This document shows, in pieces, positions 45,301 through 57,300 of a stretch of 64,000 nt of DNA. The position numbers were made by a program, and so were the translations under genes. A model generated the notes under the pieces. The model was not told the DNA's origin and did not search any database. It worked only from the letters and a program-made list of their open reading frames with translations. Position 1 is the stretch's first letter. Every line of letters begins with the position of its first letter. The DNA comes from Lytechinus pictus (taxonomy: Eukaryota), in assembly GCF_037042905.1 (NCBI RefSeq), contig NC_087251.1:25980001-26044000 (forward strand), written 5' to 3'.

Positions 45301-48300
45301 CGCGAAAGTCCTGTGCAATACGATGACATATTTTTCATCGCACGGGAGGACAATCACAAAGAGAAAATATCATATACATCCGCGCTAACAGGGGCTTAAT
45401 TTTGACGATATCGCATCGCTATGCGATTGCAATGATTGACACGCGAACGAAGCTTGCGTACAAATTTTGAGCACTTCCGCGACAGCGCCATCTAGTGACT
45501 ACGGCCGTGCCTACAGTAAGGACAAGTTTATATGATCATTTTAAATAAGGATTTAGACTTTTAGAGATAAATTGCAAACCCTTATTTTTGTGTGTGTTGA
45601 GATTGCCATTTCTCCATGCGTTTTCTATGGGAAAATGAAATTTCTGTTTTGCACAATTTTTTTCACTTTGTCGCAATTTTTCATTGTGATCTGGTTTCCA
45701 AATCTTTATAAAAATCATACCATCAGATAGAGCATAAAAAATCCTATTGGACTCTTTATGGACAAGTTTTTGGCATAAATAATAAATTTATAACAGCTCT
45801 CGGAAGCTAAAAATTTGGATTTGTGTGTGTCCATTTCTTAACTACACAGTCTATGGCAGAGAAATGCTGAAAATTAACCTAATTTCATTCTTCTTTTTTG
45901 CAGCCAATAATTTGATTTTTTTTCAAAAATGTTACATTTCTGTCAGTCTGAAGGTCATTTCTCTTCAAATTCACAAAGAAAATGTGATATTTTCTTGAAA
46001 TAAGAAAAATAATTTTTTTCTCCAGACATATGATATATGGGTAAGCCCTGATTTTTTTATTGAAAATATAATCTATGTAACTTAGTCTTAAGTTAGACCA
46101 AAAATTATATTTAAGAAGTAAAGAACTCTCGTCTTGACTTTGGGAAAAATATGCTTATATTTACACTGCTAGGTACGCTACTCTAGCGCGAGAGGGCGCG
46201 ATTTTCGCGTCATCATTTTCGCGTACGAAAATGGCGACAAGCTGCTTCGGCAGCCGGTGCGAGCAATAACTGCAAGCCCTATTTGAGTCTCCTGTCTAGG
46301 ATGGTAAACGTATATCAATGGGAATGAAAACGATGACATCATCTTCCCAATGCATTCAGCTATACTGCACGGTTAGCTCTTGCGACGGAGGATCGAGATC
46401 GGAACAAAAATTGCACTAAAACAGTCTGTAAGTACAGTTTATGCATCAAATCATCATTATATGTTATTTTCATGGAATTATCAGACATATTACGCTAAAA
46501 ATACATATGCTACTCGAAAATAGAAGTCGTTAGCTTTCATTTCTTACCTCATTCATGGCAGCATTTCTTGCCACCATTTGCCACGGCCGAATGTTAAACG
46601 CCCTTGCTATTTGTTTCGTGGGATTTTTTTTTAAGTTTGGCGACGCATTTCGCGGGCTAATTTATGGCGGCTGCTAGGGTTTTTGGTTGCCCGCGGTGTG
46701 TAGTCCTGCGCATTGGAATTTGTGTAGCAGACCGTCTACCGTGATATGTCTGGTAATTCTTTGATTAAAAAAAACTTTTTCTTTTTTATAAATTAGGAAT
46801 TGAAAATCAGACACAAATGTAGAAATCAGAAATATATCCCACACTGACACACATTCATTTTGATTGAATAAAATATTGAGAAAAAAAACGGCAAAATGAC
46901 GCAACAACTTTCTGAATCTTCTCGAACCTAATTTTAGCCTTTACTTTAGGTAATTTACTTTAGTCTTGATTTATTATTTGATGATTATATTCTGTTGAAA
47001 ATTCATGTAACATGATTTCTTTTGGCCTAATCAAACTTTACATTTTTATTATTTTAAAAATGAATGGCCTAAATCTTATTTAATTCATTATCATTTTAAT
47101 TTTCTTTTGTTTTCATATTTTTATTTTCATTCAGATTAATTTCTTATCTCCATTTGAGCATGGCAATACTTACTGATCTGAAGTCGAGGGGCCCAACAAT
47201 GAACAGACTTGCGCTGAGCCGTCGAATATCTGTGGTTCCAAGAAAGCGTGATGGAAATGCCGCCTTAAAAAAACCAACCCCACCTCTGCCTCTGGGCTTT
47301 GTTCTTGGCGATCCTGCATTCCATTCAGACTGCAACTTTAAGCAGGAATTGTTCTACCAACTACTTAATTATTCACAAATGTGAATTGCAGCTTTTAAAT
47401 GGACAAGAAAGAAACAATTGATTTATCTCACCCCCCCCCCCAACTGTCTTCTAACATTTTCTATCACCCCAAACTAACACTTTTTTTCTTGTATGTCTGT
47501 TTAAATATTTTTATTTAGACTTTATGTAATTTTTTCATGATTTATTTGGCACATGCAGTAGAGAAGAGAAGGAACATAGTGTTAAAAAAGGATACACATA
47601 CAGATCTGAATATTAAAATAAATTTAAAAAAGAAATGACAAATCCACACTGACACATGAAAGTATTCATTTTATTTTTTTTCCTTGTTGGCATTGGTTAC
47701 ATTAATTAACTCCACATAAAAATATAAATTGAATATTTTAACAGTATTAATGAAGTTGCTCAATGAAATTTAAAATTAGGTATTCTCATTGGAGGTAATG
47801 GTTGATACAGATGGGTGGGTGGACCTGCAGCCACTAGCGTACCTATGGGGGGGCAGACTGCCCCCCCCCCGACGAGTCACAACCCATGCAAGGGACGTAT
47901 CCCTGCCCCCCCCTGATGAGCCACCGGTGGCCCCCTCCTTTGAAGTTTAAGACCTTTTTTTTGCTTGTAATTTTTTTTCTGGTGCGAAATGTACTTAATA
48001 ACCTGTTGAGGACCTTTTTTTTTTTTTTTTGCTTGTAATTTTTTTTTCTGGTACGAAATCCTTTATTTGTGGTTGAAGACTTTTTTGCTTGTCAAATTTT
48101 TGGGCAGACGATTTTGCCCCCCCCCTGTGGAAAATCCTAGGTACGCTACTGCCTGCAGCTCTATTGTTTTATTAGATTTTCATTTTTTTATTGCTGGGGG
48201 GGGTATTATGTAGAGATGAGGCAAGATTCAATGTACAGCTCAATATGATGCATGTAAAGTGATTTATTAAACTTTTGAAATATCAATTAAGAACTGGAAT

Positions 48301-51300
48301 GATCAATGATATGAATATAAGAAATATATTAAATGCATGTAAAGTGATTTATTAAACTTTTGAAATATCAATTAAGAACTGGAATGATGAATGTTATGAA
48401 TATAAGAAATCTATTATATGCTAGTTCATCACAACTTTAGCTGGATCTTGCTGCAGAAAGTGCATCGTGTAGTTCTACAAATATCTCGGGTGAGAGGCAG
48501 TTTGGCAGAGCGGATGCAATGCTTCATAGGGCCCCTAACATTTCTGTGGTAAGGTCGAATCCAAACTGATGTTTTCATCAAATGATACAGCCTCCTGGCT
48601 ACAAAAATTTCCTGTAGATGAAAGAGAAAACAAAATAATGAATGCAATGAAATTGGGAAAAAGTGAGGCTAGAGGAGCAAAAACAAAAGCAAATGGTTGT
48701 AAAGTTAGTACAGGAGAGGAACAAAATGAGAAGAAAGGAACTCACAGAAAAGGAAACAAAACAGAGAGACAAACTTGAGACTAGCTCCTTTAAAAAAAGT
48801 TCTGTATGGTGTACTATGGATCTGTAAAAATATTTCAAAATTATGTAAAGTTTCAAGGATTGAGCATGCATAGGAAATCACGTAAAGGCAAGGATATCAA
48901 GTCACGAATAAAAACAAAAAATGAGGGGGGAAAATGGGAATTACATCACCCCCCCACCCCACCTCTCTCAAAAAAAAAAAAAAAAAACGACTTTAATAAC
49001 TTGTCAAAACTCTATCTAGTATCAGCTTATGTTATTATCCTTTTTGTTATTGTTAGGGATCGAGAGAAAGGATGAACGCGGGGGGGGGGGGGGGGGGGGT
49101 GCATTTTTCGGTTTCATACTTTCAAGCATCAGTGTACTGAAGGGGAAAATGTAACATAGGACTACAAAAAATTGCGGTGGACAGACAAGAAACAAGAAAT
49201 GATGATTAAAATGAAAGAAAAAATTCTCGTTCTCAAAACAACTTGAAAAAAGAAAGATGCAAAACCAAATGTTATCAACTCACTTACATATTATATTTGA
49301 AATCCATCCCAATGGTCTTCCATGTCGTAATTGTGCACTGTAATTCAGATAATCTAGTTAAAACATGTGAAATTAACTTTAAGTCTCAAATCAATCGTCT
49401 TGCACACTGTGCCTTGCAAAACAACAACAAAATACTCCGATATATGCGTATCATGAACACACATGCATATTTATGAGCGCCGCGAAAATGACCATTCACA
49501 AATGATGCGCACTTACGCTTCGTCACCATGCCGCGAGAAGCGTTTATGCGCGATGTAAAATCTCCGCCCCGAATTGGCAATCCCCGAATGCGCATGCGGG
49601 GTGGTGATTGATACTCGATGGTCGACAATTCGTTCGGAATGGATAATACTTAGAAATCTTTTTTTTTTTTAATCATAACTTGAGTTATTCTTCATCATAT
49701 GTCTTAATCAATGCATCATCGTAATGGGTGACACATTGTCTTTATGTTGAGGTAAGTTTCAACAGATTTGGATGAAGATTTGAATTATCAGTGGCGTACC
49801 TAACACTGCTATTACTATCTTTTATCATGAAAAGATAATGTTGCTCGTTACGTAATCGTTGGGCCGATGGGCAAGCCAGACAATTAAAACCATGCGTAAT
49901 CTACCTAGAGCTGAGGGCCTGTTTCATAAAGACCTGCAACTGTTGCCATTATGGCAACTACCATGGAAACCTTGATTCTGATTGGCTGCTGAGCCCTGTT
50001 ACCATGGTAGTTGCCATTTATGGTTACAACAGTTGCAAGTCCAATATAAAATGGGCCCTGGACTGCTACACTACTAGAACCATCACCTGTGGTCAGAGGT
50101 AGCTTACTCAGCCCAGTAGTGATGTATTCAGTATTTTTAAGGGGTTAGCTCATCTGCTGAAGGTTAATATTTTAGGGAATTTTTCCATGTCAGGAAAACT
50201 TGTGAAAAGTTTGTACTTGGTTATTTGCTATATTGTCCCTCCAAAAAAAGTAATCCAAGAGGAGTTTTTATTAGAGGTTGGTTGGAGAGAATGGTAAGTT
50301 TAGAATGAATGGTGTATTTTGGGGAAGTAGATCTCTGCGGGCTAGCCAACAGTCAGTTGTCAGAGGGGAGAGTTCATTCCATTAATGTAGAGTTCATATA
50401 AAAAGATTAATTTGCAAGGAGTCCAAAGTTGTATGTTGCTGTTGGAAATGTATTGTAGCCTACGTTCTCTTCAACCTACGGCTTGTGTGTGTGATGTGAT
50501 CAGCTACAGCCTGGTTAAACAAATATCAACTGCAGTACTTGGTTGCACTATACAAATGGGCCTATTAGTAGGATGTAAATAAATGCACTCTCAGAGCTGT
50601 GGTGCCTTCTTCTAGTCCTTCAGAATGGCAATGAGGTTAGCACCTTTTCCACATATCCTGGATACCCATCCCCGTTTAGCTTCCAGTATTGTCTCAGATG
50701 TAGAATTAATAGCAGTTATAATAAGATTTTTTTAATGCTAAACAGATGGAAAAAAAAACAGTCAAGTGTCAACCTTATTTTGAGTGTAAGGGTTCCATGG
50801 TGCTTTACAATGGACAAATACAGTTCTTTAATGAACAGAGTGCACAAGTTAAAATTCCTCCTAATGAAGTTCAGGACTCTAGTTGCATCTAGATTCATTC
50901 AAAGGTTGGTGGACTTTGGGAATCTACTCTCTGATGGTTCGTTCCATGTTCGTTCAATGACTAACATTTTTTTAATGAGAAAACAGACATTTTTCAAACT
51001 GTTGATTTCAAATTTTGCCAATTCATAGTTTCATCATTCATTCATTAGCAGACTAATGCTGTCTCTGGCTCTATTTCACTTACATTTACACTGCTAAAGA
51101 AAAACCCAAACCAGCAAAAGATAACTTGTTACTTCAAGTATCTAGGGGAGTTGAGCAGCAGGTGAAAAGGGCCAGTCTTTTTATTTTGCTCCATTGACCT
51201 TTTCATGTGGACAAATGGGAGGTCCATGTTCTTAAAAAAACATTTGGGGGGAGGGGGTCACTTGTGCTAATGAAATGACTGTTGTTTGATGTTGTTTAAT

Positions 51301-54300
51301 CCTTATTTTTGAAATCCTGTTCTGCAGGTTTTGAGTCTTTGGCAGACTTGATCTCCAGGTAATAGTCATGTGCCGGATTTACTTTAACGACCCTTGCATT
51401 AGAAATGCTACACTTGTTATTAGCATGGAATACAAAAAAAATGTATCTGCTCTTGAATTGCAAGTTGTATGAATTATCGACTGGTGTAACTTGGATGACC
51501 CAAACTTAAAGTACCTCTGTTTTCCTGGCATTTGCTCTCAGGCTGTATCAATTGGCATTCATCAGTGTTCTTAATCTGCAAGTAAAAGTCATTAGCTGGT
51601 CATACGTTAATGAGCTTCACTCACTTCGACTCTCAGCATGTTTGTATCTTATCTTGAATCGCCAATTGCCTTGATCTACAAGTAAGAGTCTTTAATATTG
51701 CATTTGCTCTCAGGCACCTCTTTATCAAATTGGGATTCATCAGTGTCCTTGATCTGCAAGAAAGAGTAATTGGCTGGTCGTACTTTAATGAGCCTAACTT
51801 TAGAAGTGCTTCTGTTGTAATCACATTGTTTAAGGGAACAATATGAAGGAGGATACTCAAAATTACTTCATATTAAGAGAGACCATTACAAAGTCTTCTC
51901 TATTGGCAGCAGGTTGAAAGGCCTGGTCTTTGTGTTATGCACTGTTGATTTGTTCTTTTGGACAATTTGGGGGTCCATGTTTGGGATTGATGAGTTTTTC
52001 TCTGAATTTTCTCCTTGTCTGCTGTTGCTGAGGTTAATCTTTGATGGATCAAAGGCAGGGCTAGATGCTGGCTCCTTGTACTTCAATTCATTTATATTTA
52101 GATATTCCAATATTAATATACAAAGATAATATGGGAAGTGCATCAAGAAGTTTGCATATATGTCAAGCAAGGTGCTGCCTTTTCAACGAAAAACAAAACA
52201 ACATTACAAAACGAATTGGTTACACAGAACATACAACACATAATACACTGATTACAACAAAAAACGATTACAATGTACAATAATAGAATACTACTTTTAA
52301 ATGTGTGTCCCAGTCTTGGATCCATCTTATTATGCTGGACTTGAAATGCCATTTTAAAGGATCTACAAGAGGTTCAAGATCCTTGATCTTAGGTGTTCTT
52401 GCAATGTTTGTGGTCAAAGTTGAACACTTTGACTCAAATACAGTACTCATGATCTCATAGGAAACAGATTTTAATTCTGGAATATCATTGTTTATCTGGG
52501 GAGGTTAAGCAACAGGGGCCCGTTGCAGAAAGAGTTGAATTAAACGCAACTCTAAAAATCATGTGCAACTTGATTTTCAACCAATCAACAGCGCGCATTT
52601 TGGACTTGCGATTGATTTTTTGACTTGCGTTTAAACGCAACTCTTTCTGCAACGGACCCCTGATCCTTTACTGGCTGTGGTTTGCAAAGGCTTATTTATA
52701 AGCTGATTTGATAGGGATCAGTCACACATAATTGGTTACCCTAAAGACTGGGAAAAAATACTTAGGCCCGTATTCTGAAGTTGGGTTTAACTTAGACCAT
52801 GGTCTAACTCCGTGCTAAAATTATGTGAAGCCAAACATTTCAAAATTTTGTTTACAGTGAATGCTTCTCATTTTAAGTGTGCTCTTCACTAATTATCTAA
52901 TGCCTTCCCAGGCAGTTAAAATGTTTTGGGAGTCAAATGAGCTGATACATTGAACCTCTACTGTTGGAGATTAAGTAACAACTGACTTTCCATAGTTAAA
53001 CCACAACTTAAAACCAGAGTTTAAATTAAACCCAACTTCAGAATACGGGCCTTAGTGAACTTTTGGTTGATACAACATAGCTCTTGAGTCACAAGAAATT
53101 CAGATATCTGCTACTTCGAGTAGCAGAGCTGCCAGAGTTACAACGTCCACTTGATTTTAAAGATATCAAGAACATTTTTTGTTTTCTAGACATAATCCAT
53201 ATATAATTGCCAATGTGATTAGCTGTCATTTTAAGTGGCATTGAGCAAGATATTCTTTTTCCTTCGATGTTTTTGTACTGCAGGTGATACATCAGTAATG
53301 GCTGCAGTTTATGGGCCTGGGGATATCAAACCAAATAAGGCTCTCATGGACAAGGCAACAGTAACAGTTACATACAAACCAAAAGTAGGAATGGCAGGTA
53401 AAGAAATTTCTCAATCAATTTTTTTCCTTTTTTTTTTCTTTTCCAACTAATGCTTTGGTCACATTTCATTGTCAATACTTAATAAAATGTTTTACAATAT
53501 TACATTCAATTTTGCGTGCATTGTAAATGAATACAGTTTTCAGCACATTTCTTCATTTTCACTGTATCTTTGTTCATTATATTTCTTTTACACATCCTAG
53601 GAGAAATGTAGTACATACTGCTATTGACTGATTAGTGGTTTCCTCATCATCTATACTTCAATCATACATTATTGTTAAGAGATCATAACATTTTTTTGGA
53701 AAGTTAAGGCTACGTGGAGATCATGTAGTGGCCTTGTATTACATATGCAGTAGGAAGGAGTAACCTGTGAAAGGGGCCTTTTTTGCACGAAGCCTGCAAG
53801 TGGACTTTCATTGCTAATCATCGCATTTCATCAAAAATCACCACCAGAAAGTTATGAAAAGCTGCATAGCTGGATTATAGCTAGATTCTGGCTAAAAGAT
53901 GCAGTATAGCCTTTTGACAAGGTGCTCAATATATACTTTCAACAGACCCCAGCCATCTTATTTATAATCTCAAATACATTAATTATTACTCATCATGATC
54001 GTATGATGTGGTTTTTTTTTTCATCAGGTGTAAGAGAGAAAGCCTTGGAGAGGATGATCAGGAATACCTGTGAGACGGTCCTCTTGACCACACTCTTCCC
54101 ACGTTCTTCTGTTGATATCATCATCCAGGAGATCCAAGATGCAGGGGCTGTATCCTTAAATTGACACACATGGGTCATGATCTGAACTCCAGTAGAATTT
54201 AAACTCTCATTTAACGATGGGTAGCCAATTGTGACACAAATCTCTAACAGTACAGGGTCAATTTACCAGCTCATCTCTTACTCAAATAATTGATAATTTT

Positions 54301-57300
54301 CTTAAAAGAATAACTGAAATAATTTCAATTACCATTAAAGAATGGGAAAAGAGCACAGTAAACAAAAGAATTGTACAATGTAAACAAATTTTGCACATTT
54401 AATTTCAAACTTGACTTAAGAATACAGAACATTGTGCACTATACAAATACCCTATTATTGTTATTTTAAGGTAATGTGTTTTTTAAACACATGTGGACAA
54501 GGCTACCTTTCTAGTGGCTTTAATTGCATGAACATAGAACTTGAAAACAAGGTTCCTGTAATGCTTCCAAGATTGGTCCATCTGTTCATTACTAGCCTGC
54601 TTTCCATCTATTTTGCAGGATCACAATGATTTTTATAAACTTTTTGGATAATAGATTATTTGAAACCGTATTCAATTGGATCAGATTAATTGGTATTTCA
54701 TTTCTTCACAACATACATTTCTTTAAATTTGCTTTTGATTTAATCTCCACAAACAATGTATCTACTTTTCCTTAGGGCATTTTCATGGAAACTGACGTGA
54801 CACGGCACAATTTTACACACCTTTCATTGTGTGTATCTCTAAAACAACAAATGATGGGAGTTTGCTTTTGATAGAGTTAATAAAGTGAACCTTGCTGTAT
54901 ACTTTGATACTAAGTTTTTCATTGTAACCACATTTGTAACGCATCAGCAAGCAAAAATGTGTCGGTAACTGACGTTACACAAAAAGGACATGCAATTTCA
55001 GGGTGTTCAGTAAAATTGAAAGATCTCATGTCCCTGAGTAGATAGAGTAATAATTTGAATATGTGAATATACCTTTGTTACTAGGTTAAGACGTGTCAAA
55101 ATATTAAATAATTTGCTTTTGTCTTTTGGGGGCTATGATAATTTTTCCACGACCATGCTGGTAACTGACATTACACTTAATTTGCCAGGGCTTCACATGA
55201 AAGTGAGCTTGATGTGGAAGTATACGTGAGTTTCTAGGAACATTTCAATAAAAAAAACTTTTTCGTTTTCTTAATTAATTTTCTTTGATTTGAATATTTT
55301 ATTATTACTTGTCGGTAACTGACATTACACATGAACATCTACCAGTGCTATATGATTTTCAAAGGCATAATTCTCTTGGTACTTATATGTAAGGCTTTTT
55401 AAAATCATAAAAGTTTCATAATACTTCACATTTTTAATTGTCAAAAGATAAGAAATGTATGTTTTACTTACTCGGGGGGGGGGGGTCATAGCAGCTACAT
55501 GTATTCCTATAGTAATTCAATTTTGTATTGACTGTACACATGGATTTTTCTGACTTTACACTCATTTATATTCATCAGTTTTATATTGACTTTTTAAACC
55601 TTTTCCATCTCCAGCCTCCCCCTCCCCTCAAAAAAGGCGAAATGAATAAGGGTCTCCTATGCAGCCATGCAGTGTTATTGATTTCTATTCTGGTCAGTGC
55701 AAGCAATGCTTGTTCATATCTGTCGGATTTCATTTCTCTTCATAATTTGTTTAATCATTCTCTTTGCTAATTTCTTTTTTAAGCTGTCAACAAAAAATAA
55801 ACTCCAGCTTCTAAACTGAAACTGAACTATTTGTAAATTAGAAAAAAAAAACACAGTTTTAGTAGATCCATGCAACATTAATCAGAACTGTCAAATTTCA
55901 CTTTTCAGCTATACTTGTAAACCAAAAACAAAAATTGTATCACACATCCACACTACTAACAGGTATAAAAACCAGGAATTTACTTTTAGCCCGGCAATGC
56001 TCAAAAGAATCCTAGAAACTAATAAACGGGCCCTGGAAACCCCCATTCATAAAAGCTTATCAAATGTTGCAGATTTAGGTAATAGGTTGGGAAAAGTACC
56101 CCCTCCCCCGAAAAACGAAGAAAAAAAATTGTCTGATACAAACAATTAGGTACTTGGTAAGTGCATGTACATACGCAAAACAATTTCATAGTAATTTTTT
56201 TTTGCACGATGGGAATGCAACTTCCTTCATAATTTTATATAGTATTCCTTGTGAACTATACCTTTTAAAAGTCAATAGCAAGCTCCTTCTGGTGTGACTT
56301 TTAAACTAAGTGAAAGACTACTGTATAACAAGTATACAATATTTCTTCACCATAAAATTGACCACACATTTGCATTTCACTACTGGTAACCAACGTTTTA
56401 TCATGGTAACTGACATTACATCTCGGTAGCTGACATTACATTTTCCTCTTGGTAACTGACGTTACACATATTTAATGGTACCCTATGGCTTGATTGTTAA
56501 TTGGTAATCTTTAATTTTGGTGTAGAAGGGAGGGGTGTTACCTAGAGAGGAAATCTACCAAGTTTCATATACCCGTAATATATCCTCTTTTCTGGGAAAT
56601 GAGAAAAAAGAGTTCATGTTTTTTGGTAACTGACATTACATACCATATCACATACTTCATCAATGTTTGTTTATCAGATAAATGAATTACTGGTGTCTCT
56701 TTCTATGGGATTTTAAAAAGTGTTATAATAGCAAGCTAAATCACAGGCGAAAACATGGTCAAACCTATTCTTTAAAAATCTGTCAAAACAAAATATGTAT
56801 CAATATACTATTTTTAACACTAATTTGTATCCTTACTTTGGCAGCCATTTTGAAATGAAAATTAAATGGCTGCCAGAATCGGAAAAAAAATTTGTCCCAG
56901 AAACTACAGGTCTTGTATTATTAAAAAACATAAAGCATTTGACATGAATATCAACTTGATTTTTTTGCCTCTGTGTCCATCTGTGGTGAAAATGCCCCGT
57001 ACTGTATCTTTCAAAATACAAAATTATCAAAATGTTCCCTATTTTCATTTTGGGAATTAAAAGGTTAAGAAGTTTGAATTACTCAGATTTATAAGTCTTG
57101 GAAATTAACATTTTTTTTTGTAAAATCAGGGAACTTTTACAATTTAGATACCAAGATTTGAATACTGTATTTTTCTTGACTTTGAATAATCTTTAGCTGT
57201 TAGCATGTTGTATCAACGCAGCTTGCTTGGCCATGATCAACGCAGGCATCCCCATGAAATGTACTGTCGCAGCTTCCTGTTGCATGATGGGTAAAGATGA

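Noticed and set aside
47170..47330. THAP-like zinc finger remnant (RQRW...VCSL) on the minus strand
   Set aside because: Needs a frameshift, and lacks the N-terminal cysteines and the HF motif.
47914..47945. ctgatgag followed by a stem as a hammerhead
   Set aside because: No GAAA box; it lies inside a hAT-like MITE.
51600..52450. Coding-like minus-strand ORFs (94, 75, 60 aa)
   Set aside because: Interrupted by stops with no recognisable family; cannot be supported without a search.
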